Positions 17,531 through 26,381 of a stretch of DNA of 64,000 nucleotides are shown here, one piece after another. This DNA comes from Acidobacteriota bacterium (GTDB lineage: Bacteria > Acidobacteriota > Thermoanaerobaculia > Multivoradales > UBA5704). The stretch lies in NCBI GenBank assembly GCA_040005235.1, contig JBDTZG010000006.1:1-64000 (forward strand), given 5' to 3'. The notes below the pieces were generated by a model. It ran no database searches, was not told the DNA's origin, and was given only the letters and a program-made list of their open reading frames with translations. The translations under genes and the position numbers were made by a program. How positions within the stretch are numbered: position 1 is the stretch's first letter; every line of letters starts with the position of its first letter.

Positions 17531-17729
17531 GCCGCGCTTCTCCCCAGCCGATCAAGGGATCCTCTGGGTCCGCCAAGCGCTGAGCTGACAGGGTCGTGTC
17601 TTCGAGATCCTCGAGATAGGCCTCGACCGCGAGGCTCAGGATCTCCTCTCTGGACCGGTTGAGGTCTCTTGAGGCCCGGTCGATCCCGGCGACCAGATCG
17701 TCGGGCAAGCTGGCGTCGATTCGCGTCAT
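17508..17729 (-). CDS. Ribbon-helix-helix (CopG-like) antitoxin
   Basis: RHH pattern (RIDASLPDDL...SREEILSLAVEAYL), acidic tail, overlaps the relE start. Confidence 0.8.
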   Translation of the reverse strand: MTRIDASLPDDLVAGIDRASRDLNRSREEILSLAVEAYLEDLEDTTLSAQRLADPEDPLIGWGEARRALLDQD

Positions 17730-17787
17730 AGCAAATTCCTCGCGGTCGATCCTACTCTTTGCTGCCAGCCGGCGCAGCAGTTTTCCC

Positions 17788-18191
17788 TCACACCCGACCC
17801 ACCACCATAGCCCGCTCCTCCTCGGTCAAGAAGGCCGCCTCCAACGCGTTCTCCTGCAACACCCGCAGCTCCCGTTCCGACAGCCCCAGCCCCTCCGCCG
17901 CCACGCGGTACTCGAGCGCCAAATCGATGCCGCTGATCGAGGGGGCGTCGGTGCTTAACGTGGCTCGCAAGCCGCGGGCGAGGAAGAAGGGGAGGGGGTG
18001 GTCGGCAAGCGACCGGACGGTGCTGGTTTGGACGTTGCTGGTCGGGCAGACTTCGAGGGCGATGTTTTTCTCGGCGATCAGGTCGAGGAGGGATTCGTCT
18101 TCGACCGATCGGATGCAGTGGCCGATGCGTTCGACTTCCAGCCCTTCGATCGCTTGGCGGACGCTTTCGGCCCCGGCCGCCTCTCCCGCGT
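17788..18191 (-). pseudogene. Duplicated 3' fragment of adenosine deaminase
   Basis: 17810-18191 is colinear with 18955-19336 (about 93% by eye); GHG to GHC and TDDP to TDAP changes. Confidence 0.92.
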
Positions 18192-18233
18192 ATCAGCCTG
18201 GCGCTCACCTCACATTGAGCCATTCTGAGTGTT

Positions 18234-18245
18234 GTACAATTGTAC
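18234..18245. promoter_or_regulatory. Palindromic operator overlapping the -10 of the PIN/Phd operon
   Basis: GTACAATTGTAC perfect palindrome containing TACAAT, 4 nt before ATG 18250. Confidence 0.6.
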
Positions 18246-18249
18246 CGCC

Positions 18250-18654
18250 ATGGGTAACTCTATAGTCATTGACGCTTCTGCAGTCATCGCGGTGGTTACC
18301 AATGAGACCCACCGGGACACGTTGATTGAGATGACTGAAGGCGCGGAACTTCTGTCTCCGGCATCTCTTCCGATGGAGATGGGGAATGCCTTCTCTGCCA
18401 TGTTTAAGCGCAGCCGCATTTCGCTCCCCGCTGCAAAGGCGGCTGTCGAGGCCTATCAGCGCATCGCGATTCGCCTGATTCCCATCGATCTGGGTCAATC
18501 GCTAGAACTCAGCCATAACCTGGGGATCTATGCCTACGACGCGTTTCTCATCGCATGCGGTATGCAGACTCGGGCTCCGCTGCTAACCGTTGACGGAGGT
18601 CTACGAACCGCGGCCCGTCGAGTGGGCATCAAAGTCTTGGAGGTCAACCCATGA
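18250..18654 (+). CDS. PIN-domain (VapC-type) toxin
   Basis: VIDASAVIA, EMGNA, IYAYDA, LLTVD. Confidence 0.9.
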   Translation: MGNSIVIDASAVIAVVTNETHRDTLIEMTEGAELLSPASLPMEMGNAFSAMFKRSRISLPAAKAAVEAYQRIAIRLIPIDLGQSLELSHNLGIYAYDAFLIACGMQTRAPLLTVDGGLRTAARRVGIKVLEVNP

Positions 18655-18872
18655 ACGTCTATACCTTTTCCGAAGCCCGTCAGAATTTGGCAACGGTGCT
18701 GGATGAAGCACAGGCCGATGGCGCCGTCCGTATCAAGCGCCGGGACGGTACCGAATTCGAGATCGCCCTGGTGCGGCGGAAGAAGTCTCCCCTGGATGTC
18801 CAAGGGGTCGATGTCGGACTCTCAGCGGACGAAATCGTCTCTTTGATCCACGAGAGCCGGGAGCGGTCCTAA
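18651..18872 (+). CDS. Phd/YefM antitoxin
   Basis: YTFSEARQNLATVLDEA, VRIKRRDG; ATGA overlap with the toxin. Confidence 0.88.
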   Translation: MNVYTFSEARQNLATVLDEAQADGAVRIKRRDGTEFEIALVRRKKSPLDVQGVDVGLSADEIVSLIHESRERS

Positions 18873-18894
18873 GGTAGGTAAGGCGCGCTTCCCC

Positions 18895-18918
18895 GGGCGT
18901 AGCATGCTGCGCCCCTAC
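18895..18918. repeat. REP-like palindrome
   Basis: GGGCGTAGCATGCTGCGCCCCTAC, near-identical to 23727-23750. Confidence 0.7.
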
Positions 18919-18923
18919 AATGG

Positions 18924-19928
18924 TTAATCCGGAATAGTCCGCCCCACCAACCCCGCCCGCTCCTCCTCCGTCAAAAACGCCGCCTCCAACGCGTTCTCCT
19001 GCAACACCCGCAGCTCCCGTTCCGAAAGTCCCAGGCCCTCCGCCGCCACGCGATACTCGTGCGCCAGGTCGATGCCGCTGATCGAGGGGTCGTCGGTGCT
19101 CAAGGTGGCTCGTAAGCCGCGGGCGAGGAAGAAGGGGAGGGGGTGGTCGGCGAGCGACCGGACCGTACTGGTTTGGACATTGCTGGTGGGGCAGACTTCG
19201 AGGGCGATTCCGCGTTCGGCGATCAGGTCGAGGAGGGATTCGTCTTCGACCGATCGGATGCCGTGGCCGATGCGTTCGACTTCCAGCTCTTCGATCGCTT
19301 GGCGGACGCTTTCGGCCCCGGCCGCCTCTCCCGCGTGGGCGATGGTGTGGAGGCCGGCTTCGCGCGCTTTGCGGAAGTGGTCGACGAACAGGGTGCCGGG
19401 GAAGTTCGCTTCGTCGCCCGCGAGGTCGAGGGCGACCACTCCGCGGTCGCGGCAGCGGATCGCGGCTTCGAGTTCGATCCAGCCGATCTCGAGGCCGTAG
19501 TTGCGCGAGATGATCCCGATCAGCTTGGCGCTCACCTGGGGGTTATGGGCCAACCCTTCGGCCACGCCGTCGCAGACCGCCTCGGCGACGGCGAGCGGAT
19601 CGAGTTCGTGCTCCTCGGCCATGAAAAAGGGGCTGAAGCGCAACTCGATGTGGTCGATCCCTTCGCGGGCAGCGTCCTCGATGTTTTCCCGGGCGATTCG
19701 GCGGCAGGCGTTCAGATCGACCATCACCCGGCGCAGCAGGGCGAACTTGGCGAGGAAGCCGAGGAGATCGGGCTCGGGGCTCATCACCTGGACGTGCGGG
19801 CGCAGGGACTCCTCGGTGAACGCGGGCAGTGGAATCCGGTGCTCGCGGGCAAGCGCGAGGACGGTCGAAAGGCGGACGTTGCCGTCCAGATGGCGGTGCA
19901 GCTCGACGAGAGGGTACCCGTTGCGCAT
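18924..19928 (-). CDS. add: Adenosine deaminase
   Basis: ELHRHLDG, ELRFSP, DLAGDE, HAGE, RIGHG, EVCPTSN, STDDP. Confidence 0.95.
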   Translation of the reverse strand: MRNGYPLVELHRHLDGNVRLSTVLALAREHRIPLPAFTEESLRPHVQVMSPEPDLLGFLAKFALLRRVMVDLNACRRIARENIEDAAREGIDHIELRFSPFFMAEEHELDPLAVAEAVCDGVAEGLAHNPQVSAKLIGIISRNYGLEIGWIELEAAIRCRDRGVVALDLAGDEANFPGTLFVDHFRKAREAGLHTIAHAGEAAGAESVRQAIEELEVERIGHGIRSVEDESLLDLIAERGIALEVCPTSNVQTSTVRSLADHPLPFFLARGLRATLSTDDPSISGIDLAHEYRVAAEGLGLSERELRVLQENALEAAFLTEEERAGLVGRTIPD

Positions 19929-20100
19929 GGCTCGATTCCCTGGCGGTTGGTTTTCGGATCGTACGCCAGGTTTGCGGTTGTCGATCCCCGAAACCGGGTT
20001 CCTCTTTGAACGTGCCAAATCTTTGTTAGAGTCCCGCTTCGCTCGACGCCAGACAGGCCGATTCCCCGGCGCGGCTCGCGAGAGGAGTCCCGAACCCGAA

Positions 20101-22014
20101 ATGACCGCGCCCACGATGAACCGCCGCTGGAGCAGCGCCGAATCGCAAGACCTGTACAACATCCGCGGCTGGGGAAACGGCTATTTCTCCGTCAACGCCC
20201 TGGGCAACGTCGCCGTCCATCCGGGCGGCCCGGGCACGCCGGAGATCGACCTCAAAGAGCTGGTCGACGAAGTTCACGAGCGCGGCATCGGCCTGCCGCT
20301 GCTGATTCGCTTTTCCGAGATCATCAAGGCCCGGGTGGTCGAGCTGAACGAGGCGTTCGGGCATGCGATCGACGAATACGGCTACCAAGGGTCCTATCGC
20401 GGCGTCTATCCGATCAAAGTGAACCAGGATCGCTACCTGGTCGAGCGCCTGGTCCAATACGGGCGCCCGTACCACTATGGGCTCGAAGCGGGCTCCAAGC
20501 CGGAGCTGATGGCCGTAATGGCGATGCTCGAAGACGAAGACGCCCTGATCATCTGCAACGGCTACAAGGACGAGGAGTACGTCGAGACGGCGCTGCTCGC
20601 CTCGAAGCTCGGCCGGACGGTGATCCTGGTGGTCGAGAAACCCTCCGAGCTGCCGCTGATCCGCGAGATGGCGAACCGCACGGGAATCGCGCCGCGGATC
20701 GGTTTCCGCTCGCGCCTGTCGGCCAAGGGTGCGGGGCACTGGGAGGCGTCCGGCGGCGACCGCTCGAAGTTCGGCCTCGGCGGGCGCGACCTGCTGACCG
20801 CGGTCGAATACCTGCGCGAGCACGAGATGCTCGACTGCCTGCAGCTGGTCCATTTCCACCTGGGCAGCCAGATCTCCTCGATCCGCTCGGTCAAAGACGC
20901 CCTGCGCGAAGCCGTGCGGGTGTACGTCAACCTCGTCCGCCTGGGGGCTCCGCTCCGCTATCTGGACGTCGGCGGCGGCTTGGGGATCGATTACGACGGC
21001 TCGCAGACCAATTTTGCGTCGTCCCTCAACTACACCCTCCAGGAGTACGCCAACGACATCGTCTACGGCGTGATGGAGGTGTGCGATCCGGCGGGGGTGG
21101 CGCATCCGATCCTGGTGTCCGAATCGGGTCGCGCGACCGTCGCGCACCACGCGGTGCTGGTGGTCGACGTGCTCGGCGTCTCGGAGTTCGAATACGGCAA
21201 GCCGAAAAAGCCGCCGGGCGACGCGCCGCTGCCGCTGCGCAACCTGTACGACACCTACCGGGAGGTGTCGCGAAAGAACCTGATCGAGACCTACCACGAC
21301 TCGATCTCGTACCGCGACGACTGCCTCTCGCTGTTCAACCTGGGGCACTTGACGCTCGAATACCGCGGTCTCGCGGAGGACCTGTTCTGGGCGATCAGCC
21401 AGAAGGTTCTGCGAATCGCCGGCACGCTCAAGGAAGTGCCGGAGGAGCTGGAGGGGTTGGAGCGCCAGCTGGCGGACACCTACTTCTGCAATTTCTCGGT
21501 GTTCCAGTCGCTGCCCGACTCGTGGGCGATCGACCAGCTGTTTCCGATTCTGCCGATCCATCGGCTGCTCGAAGAGCCGACCGAGCGCGCGGTGCTCGCC
21601 GACATCACCTGCGATTCGGATGGCAAGATCGATCGCTTCATCGATCGGCGCGACGTGAAAAACACCCTGGAGCTACATCGCCTGAACCACGAGTCGTACT
21701 ATCTCGGGGCGTTCCTGGTGGGTGCCTACCAGGAGATTCTGGGCGATCTGCACAACCTTTTCGGCGACACCAACACCGTCCACGTGGCGCTCCATCCGGA
21801 CGACGATTACGAGATCGAAGGGGTGATCAGCGGCGATACGGTGAGCGACGTCCTACGCTATGTGCGATACGACAAGACCCACCTGATCGCCCGGGTGCGC
21901 CAGGCGACCGAAACGGCGGTGCGCGCGAAGCGGATGACGCTCGAAGAGAGCCGCAACCTGCTGCGCCGCTATGAAGAGGGGCTCGCGGGTTACACCTATC
22001 TGGAAAAGGATTGA
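20101..22014 (+). CDS. speA: Biosynthetic arginine decarboxylase
   Basis: YPIKVNQ (PLP Lys), EAGSKPE, HFHLGSQ, DVGGGLG, ESGRA, TCDSDG. Confidence 0.97.
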   Translation: MTAPTMNRRWSSAESQDLYNIRGWGNGYFSVNALGNVAVHPGGPGTPEIDLKELVDEVHERGIGLPLLIRFSEIIKARVVELNEAFGHAIDEYGYQGSYRGVYPIKVNQDRYLVERLVQYGRPYHYGLEAGSKPELMAVMAMLEDEDALIICNGYKDEEYVETALLASKLGRTVILVVEKPSELPLIREMANRTGIAPRIGFRSRLSAKGAGHWEASGGDRSKFGLGGRDLLTAVEYLREHEMLDCLQLVHFHLGSQISSIRSVKDALREAVRVYVNLVRLGAPLRYLDVGGGLGIDYDGSQTNFASSLNYTLQEYANDIVYGVMEVCDPAGVAHPILVSESGRATVAHHAVLVVDVLGVSEFEYGKPKKPPGDAPLPLRNLYDTYREVSRKNLIETYHDSISYRDDCLSLFNLGHLTLEYRGLAEDLFWAISQKVLRIAGTLKEVPEELEGLERQLADTYFCNFSVFQSLPDSWAIDQLFPILPIHRLLEEPTERAVLADITCDSDGKIDRFIDRRDVKNTLELHRLNHESYYLGAFLVGAYQEILGDLHNLFGDTNTVHVALHPDDDYEIEGVISGDTVSDVLRYVRYDKTHLIARVRQATETAVRAKRMTLEESRNLLRRYEEGLAGYTYLEKD

Positions 22015-22040
22015 CAGCTTGTCCTGAGGAGGTGCGATCG

Positions 22041-22625
22041 ATGGAAGCCACGATGGCCGGTCCGGTCCTGGAAAATAGCGTCCACTCGCTGGTGGGCTGT
22101 CTCGACGAGGCGGTTCGCCTGGAGTCGGTCGATGCGATTACCGAACGGGTGAAGTCTGAGCTTGGCCGGATGATCGCCGAGCGGAGCCTGCTGCTGCCCG
22201 AGCACTGCCTGCGCTCCAGCCCGGAAAAGTACGCCCGGCACCTGCTGCACCGGTCGGACGAGCTGGGCTACACCGCCGTGGTGATGGTGTGGGGACCCGG
22301 TCAGCGCACGGGGCTGCACGACCATTCGGGCCTCTGGTGCGTCGAAGGCGTGGTCGAGGGGGAGCTGGAAATCACCCGCTTCGAGCGACTCGGCGAGAGC
22401 GAGGCGATCCATTTCGAGGAGTGCGAGCGGATTCACGCGAGCGCCGGCTCCTCGGGTTCGCTGATCCCGCCGCACGAGTACCACATTCTGGCCAACGACA
22501 GCCCGGGGCAGACCGCGATCACGCTCCACATCTACGGCGGCGAGATGACCACCTGCTCGGTGTTCGAGCCGCTGGCGGACGGCTCGTTCGTGCGCCGCGA
22601 GCGGCAGCTCTCGTACGACGACTAG
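22041..22625 (+). CDS. Cysteine dioxygenase family cupin
   Basis: YARHLL, WGPGQ, HDH, YH, LHIY; GAGGAGG RBS. Confidence 0.88.
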   Translation: MEATMAGPVLENSVHSLVGCLDEAVRLESVDAITERVKSELGRMIAERSLLLPEHCLRSSPEKYARHLLHRSDELGYTAVVMVWGPGQRTGLHDHSGLWCVEGVVEGELEITRFERLGESEAIHFEECERIHASAGSSGSLIPPHEYHILANDSPGQTAITLHIYGGEMTTCSVFEPLADGSFVRRERQLSYDD

Positions 22626-22634
22626 GAGCGACTT

Positions 22635-23723
22635 TTGAGTCCCGAAGGAAAGCATCCGGATTTCATCGTTCGGCAGGAAGATCCTCTAAACGGCGGTTCG
22701 CCGCTCGCCGACCTCGCCGCCACGCAGCGCACGCCGGTCGAGCGGTTTTTCGTCCGCAGCCATGGCGCGATTCCAGAAGCCTCCGCCGAACGCTGGCGGC
22801 TGCGGATCACCGGGCTCGTGCGGTCGGCCCAAGAGCTGTCGCTCCAGGATCTTTCGAGCAATTTCAGGCGCCACTCGGTGGTCGCCGCGCTCGAATGCGC
22901 GGGCAACCGGCGAAACGAGCTGATCGCGGTAGCCCCCACCCCGGGAGAGCTCGAATGGCACGCCGAGGCGATCGGCAACGCCGCCTGGAGCGGCTGGTCG
23001 CTCGCCGAGGTGCTCGCCGCGGCCGGGCCGTTGCCCGAGGCGCGGCACGTAGAATTCGTCGGCGTCGACGAGACCGAGCGGCTCGGCCGGCGCTTTACGT
23101 TTGGCGGCTCGGTACCGATCGAAAAGGCGCTGGCGCGCGAAGTGCTGCTCGCCGACACGATGAACGGCGAAGAGCTCCCCCCTGCGCACGGCTTTCCGCT
23201 GCGCGCCGTGGTTCCCGGCTATCTCGGAGCGCGTAGCGTCAAGTGGCTGGCGGAAATCCGGCTGCGCGAAGACCCTTCCGAGAACTACTTCCAAGCCCAC
23301 GCCTACCGGCTCTTTCCGTCTTGGGTCAATCCGAGCAACGTGGTTTGGGAAAGCGGGTTAATGCTCGGCGAGATGCCGGTGACCTCGGTGCTCTCCACTC
23401 CCGCGCCGGGGGCGATCCTGCCGGCCGGAGAGGTCGAGGTGGCGGGCTACGCCTACGTCGGCGGCGGACGGGGGATCGATCGGGTGGATCTGTCGATTGA
23501 CGGCGGCCGGACCTGGCGCGCCGCGGATCTCGGGATCGAAGAGGGAGGCTGGAGCTGGCGGTTGTACTCGGCGCGGGTCGATCTCGAACCCGGCGAGCAC
23601 GAATTGGTGGTCCGCGCATTCGACCGCTCGGCCCAGACTCAGCCGCGCGACGCCTCGGAAGTCTGGAACTTCAAGGGCTACGCCAACAACGCCTGGCACC
23701 GGGTGCCGGTCACGGTTCGCTGA
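22635..23723 (+). CDS. Sulfite oxidase family molybdoenzyme (no heme domain, no signal peptide)
   Basis: FFVRSH, LECAGNRR, HGFPLR, GARSVKWL, WNFKGYANNAWHRV. Confidence 0.92.
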   Translation: MSPEGKHPDFIVRQEDPLNGGSPLADLAATQRTPVERFFVRSHGAIPEASAERWRLRITGLVRSAQELSLQDLSSNFRRHSVVAALECAGNRRNELIAVAPTPGELEWHAEAIGNAAWSGWSLAEVLAAAGPLPEARHVEFVGVDETERLGRRFTFGGSVPIEKALAREVLLADTMNGEELPPAHGFPLRAVVPGYLGARSVKWLAEIRLREDPSENYFQAHAYRLFPSWVNPSNVVWESGLMLGEMPVTSVLSTPAPGAILPAGEVEVAGYAYVGGGRGIDRVDLSIDGGRTWRAADLGIEEGGWSWRLYSARVDLEPGEHELVVRAFDRSAQTQPRDASEVWNFKGYANNAWHRVPVTVR

Positions 23724-23726
23724 TCT

Positions 23727-23750
23727 AGGGGCGCAGCATGCTGCGCCCCT
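23727..23750. repeat. REP-like 24-bp perfect palindrome
   Basis: AGGGGCGCAGCATGCTGCGCCCCT. Confidence 0.75.
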
Positions 23751-23772
23751 CTCCGCTTATAATTTAGGCGCA

Positions 23773-24156
23773 ATGAGCATCTGCACCACCCAAGGGATCC
23801 GCGTCGAGGTTCAGAGCTATTACGACTCCGAACGGAGCGCGCCGCAGGAGAAGTATTTCTTCTTCGCCTACCGCGTACGGATCTCGAACCTCGGCGAGGA
23901 AACCGCACAGCTCCTCTCCCGCGAATGGCTGATCACCGACGCGGACGGATTGGAGCAGAAGGTCGTCGGCCTTGGAGTGGTGGGCGAGCAGCCAATTCTC
24001 GCTCCGGGCGAGATGTTCGAATACACCAGTTTTTGCCCGCTCACCACGCCGGTCGGCGCCATGCAGGGCGCCTACCGGATGGCGACCGAAAGCGGCGCGC
24101 AGTTCGACGCCGAGATCGCGCCGTTCTCGCTGATCGTGCCCCACTCGCTCAATTAG
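23773..24156 (+). CDS. apaG: ApaG protein
   Basis: FAYRVRISN, QLLSREWLITD, GVVGEQP, FEYTS, PVGAMQG. Confidence 0.95.
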   Translation: MSICTTQGIRVEVQSYYDSERSAPQEKYFFFAYRVRISNLGEETAQLLSREWLITDADGLEQKVVGLGVVGEQPILAPGEMFEYTSFCPLTTPVGAMQGAYRMATESGAQFDAEIAPFSLIVPHSLN

Positions 24157-24827
24157 TCTTCGAGCACCCCGCGATACAGCAACCCCGCCACCACCGCCCC
24201 CAGCACCGGGCCGACCAGATAGACCCACAGATCAGTGGTGTTGCCGGAGGCGAGCGCCGGTCCGATCGAGCGGGCCGGGTTCAGGCTGGCTCCCGTGAGC
24301 GGACCGCCCATCAGGATCGCCAACGTGAGCGTCATGCCGATCGCGAGCCCGGATTGTGCACCGGCCTTGCCGCTCACCGCGGCATTCAGAACCGTATTGA
24401 CCAGGAAGAAGGTGAGGATTGCTTCGAGCACCAGGCCGATCAGCGGCGTGATCGTGACGGTGCTGCCGCCGATCTGAAGATTCTGGGAAAGGGTCGTGGC
24501 TCCCAGCCCGCCGACCACGCCGCCGAGCACCCAGCGAAGGGTGAACGCCGCGACCAGCCCGCCGAGGATCTGCACCACGATGTACGCCGCCGCCTTCCCG
24601 GCCTCGATCTTACCCGCCGCGAGAACGCCGAGCGTGACCGCCGGATTGATGTGCGTGCCCGAGATGTGACCGTAAGCGTAGGCAAACGCGACGATCACCA
24701 GGCCGTGAGCGAACGCGACGCCGACCAGACCGCCGATCCCCAACGCGCCGGCCCCGGCGCCGATGAAGATCAGAGCGAACGTGCCGATGAATTCGGCGAT
24801 TAGCGCCTTTGAGAGCGAGTTCGACAT
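24153..24827 (-). CDS. Aquaporin (MIP family)
   Basis: AEFIGTF, HINPAVT and SLNPARS NPA motifs. Confidence 0.95.
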   Translation of the reverse strand: MSNSLSKALIAEFIGTFALIFIGAGAGALGIGGLVGVAFAHGLVIVAFAYAYGHISGTHINPAVTLGVLAAGKIEAGKAAAYIVVQILGGLVAAFTLRWVLGGVVGGLGATTLSQNLQIGGSTVTITPLIGLVLEAILTFFLVNTVLNAAVSGKAGAQSGLAIGMTLTLAILMGGPLTGASLNPARSIGPALASGNTTDLWVYLVGPVLGAVVAGLLYRGVLED

Positions 24828-24929
24828 GAGGGTTGCTCCTCCTTTGAAAGAAATCGAAAAGTGGACAGAGGATAGCCGCGAGCGCCAGGGATCGGCAACC
24901 GACCGGCGCCGGAGTAGGATCGCGCCACG

Positions 24930-26312
24930 ATGCCCGAATCCAAGTCCCCTTCCCTGGCGCGCGATCTCACCGCGCGTGACGGCGCCTTGCTTACGATCGG
25001 CTCGATCGTCGGCACCGGAATCTTCCTCACCACCGGTTACATGGCCGCCGCCCTGCCGCACCCCGGGTTGATCATGCTGGCCTGGGTGGCGGGAGGCCTG
25101 CTGACCATCGCGGGCGCGCTCACCTATGGCGAGCTGGGGGCCATGTTTCCGCAGGCCGGGGGGCTGTACGTTTTCCTCAAGGAGGCCTACGGTCCGCTCT
25201 GGGGTTTTCTTTACGGCTGGACCGCGTTCCTGGTCATCATGACCGGCGGCATTGCGGCGGTCGCCGCCGCGGTGGGCAACGTCCTGGGTGGATTCATCCC
25301 GTATTTTGCCTCCTCGCACCGGATCGCCGCGGTGCCGATCGGCCCCTGGACCTGGACGCTCTCGGGCGCGCAGATCGCCTCCGTGCTCGCAATCCTGCTG
25401 CTCACCGCGGTCAACCATCGGGGATTGAAAGCCGGGTCGGGGATTCAAAACGTGCTCACCTGGATCAAGATCGGATCGATCCTGGGGCTCGCAATCTTCG
25501 GTTTGTCGCGCTCGGCTCCCGCGATGCCGCATTACTTCGCCGCCATCCCCGGCCACCTCGCCGGCACGGCCCTGATCAGCGCCTTCGGTGTCGCGATGAT
25601 CTCGGCGCTCTGGACCTTCGACGGCTGGTACGGCCTGACCTTCTCGGCCGGCGAGATGAAGAATCCCGGCCGCGATCTTCCTTGGGGCCTCCTGGTCGGC
25701 ACCTGCGTGGTCACCGGGCTCTATCTTCTGGTCAACGTGCTCTATCTGCGCGCCCTGCCGATCGCCCAGATGGCGGGGGTCGAGAAAGTCGGCGAAGCGT
25801 CGGCGACGGCGCTATTCGGCGCCGTCGGCGGCAAACTGCTCGGAGTCGCGGTCTTCATTTCCTGCTTCGGCGCCCTGGCTTCGACGATTCTCTACAGCTC
25901 GCGGATCTACCAGCCGATCGCTGCCGACGGCTTGTTCTTCCGGCGCCTCGCGGCCATCGATCCGAAGACCCAGGTTCCCGCCGCGAGCCTTTGGGCGCAG
26001 ACCGGCTGGTCGATCGTGCTCGCCCTGTCGGGGACGTTCGAGCAGCTCTACACCTACGTGATCTTCGCGAGCATCCTGTTCCAGATCGGAGTCGGCGCCG
26101 CGGTGTTCGTCCTGCGGGCCAAACGGCCGGACCTTCCTCGGCCCTACCGCACCTGGGGCTATCCGGTCGTCCCCGCCCTGTTCCTGCTCGCGTCGCTCGC
26201 CCTGGTGGCCACCACCCTGGCCGAAAAGCCGGTCGAGTCGCTCTGGGGGCTGGGGCTTGTGGCGTTGGGGCTGCCGGCCTACGCGATCTGGAAGCGGCGG
26301 GCGAAGGGGTAG
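24930..26312 (+). CDS. APC family amino acid permease
   Basis: GSIVGTGIF, YGELGAMFPQAGG, FDGW, EMKNP, RPYRTWGYP. Confidence 0.93.
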   Translation: MPESKSPSLARDLTARDGALLTIGSIVGTGIFLTTGYMAAALPHPGLIMLAWVAGGLLTIAGALTYGELGAMFPQAGGLYVFLKEAYGPLWGFLYGWTAFLVIMTGGIAAVAAAVGNVLGGFIPYFASSHRIAAVPIGPWTWTLSGAQIASVLAILLLTAVNHRGLKAGSGIQNVLTWIKIGSILGLAIFGLSRSAPAMPHYFAAIPGHLAGTALISAFGVAMISALWTFDGWYGLTFSAGEMKNPGRDLPWGLLVGTCVVTGLYLLVNVLYLRALPIAQMAGVEKVGEASATALFGAVGGKLLGVAVFISCFGALASTILYSSRIYQPIAADGLFFRRLAAIDPKTQVPAASLWAQTGWSIVLALSGTFEQLYTYVIFASILFQIGVGAAVFVLRAKRPDLPRPYRTWGYPVVPALFLLASLALVATTLAEKPVESLWGLGLVALGLPAYAIWKRRAKG

Positions 26313-26381
26313 AGGTTCTTCCCGTCCCTACCCTCCTGGCCCCGTTTGGGGTAGCGTTTTTCCGTCAGGTGGAGGACCTTC

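Noticed and set aside
19501-20162. Long N-terminal extensions of speA and add in the ORF track (likewise NAT, aquaporin, rlmN, helicase, DUF6600, VOC)
   Set aside because: The extensions overlap real neighbouring genes and lack family motifs; they reflect stop-codon scarcity at high GC.
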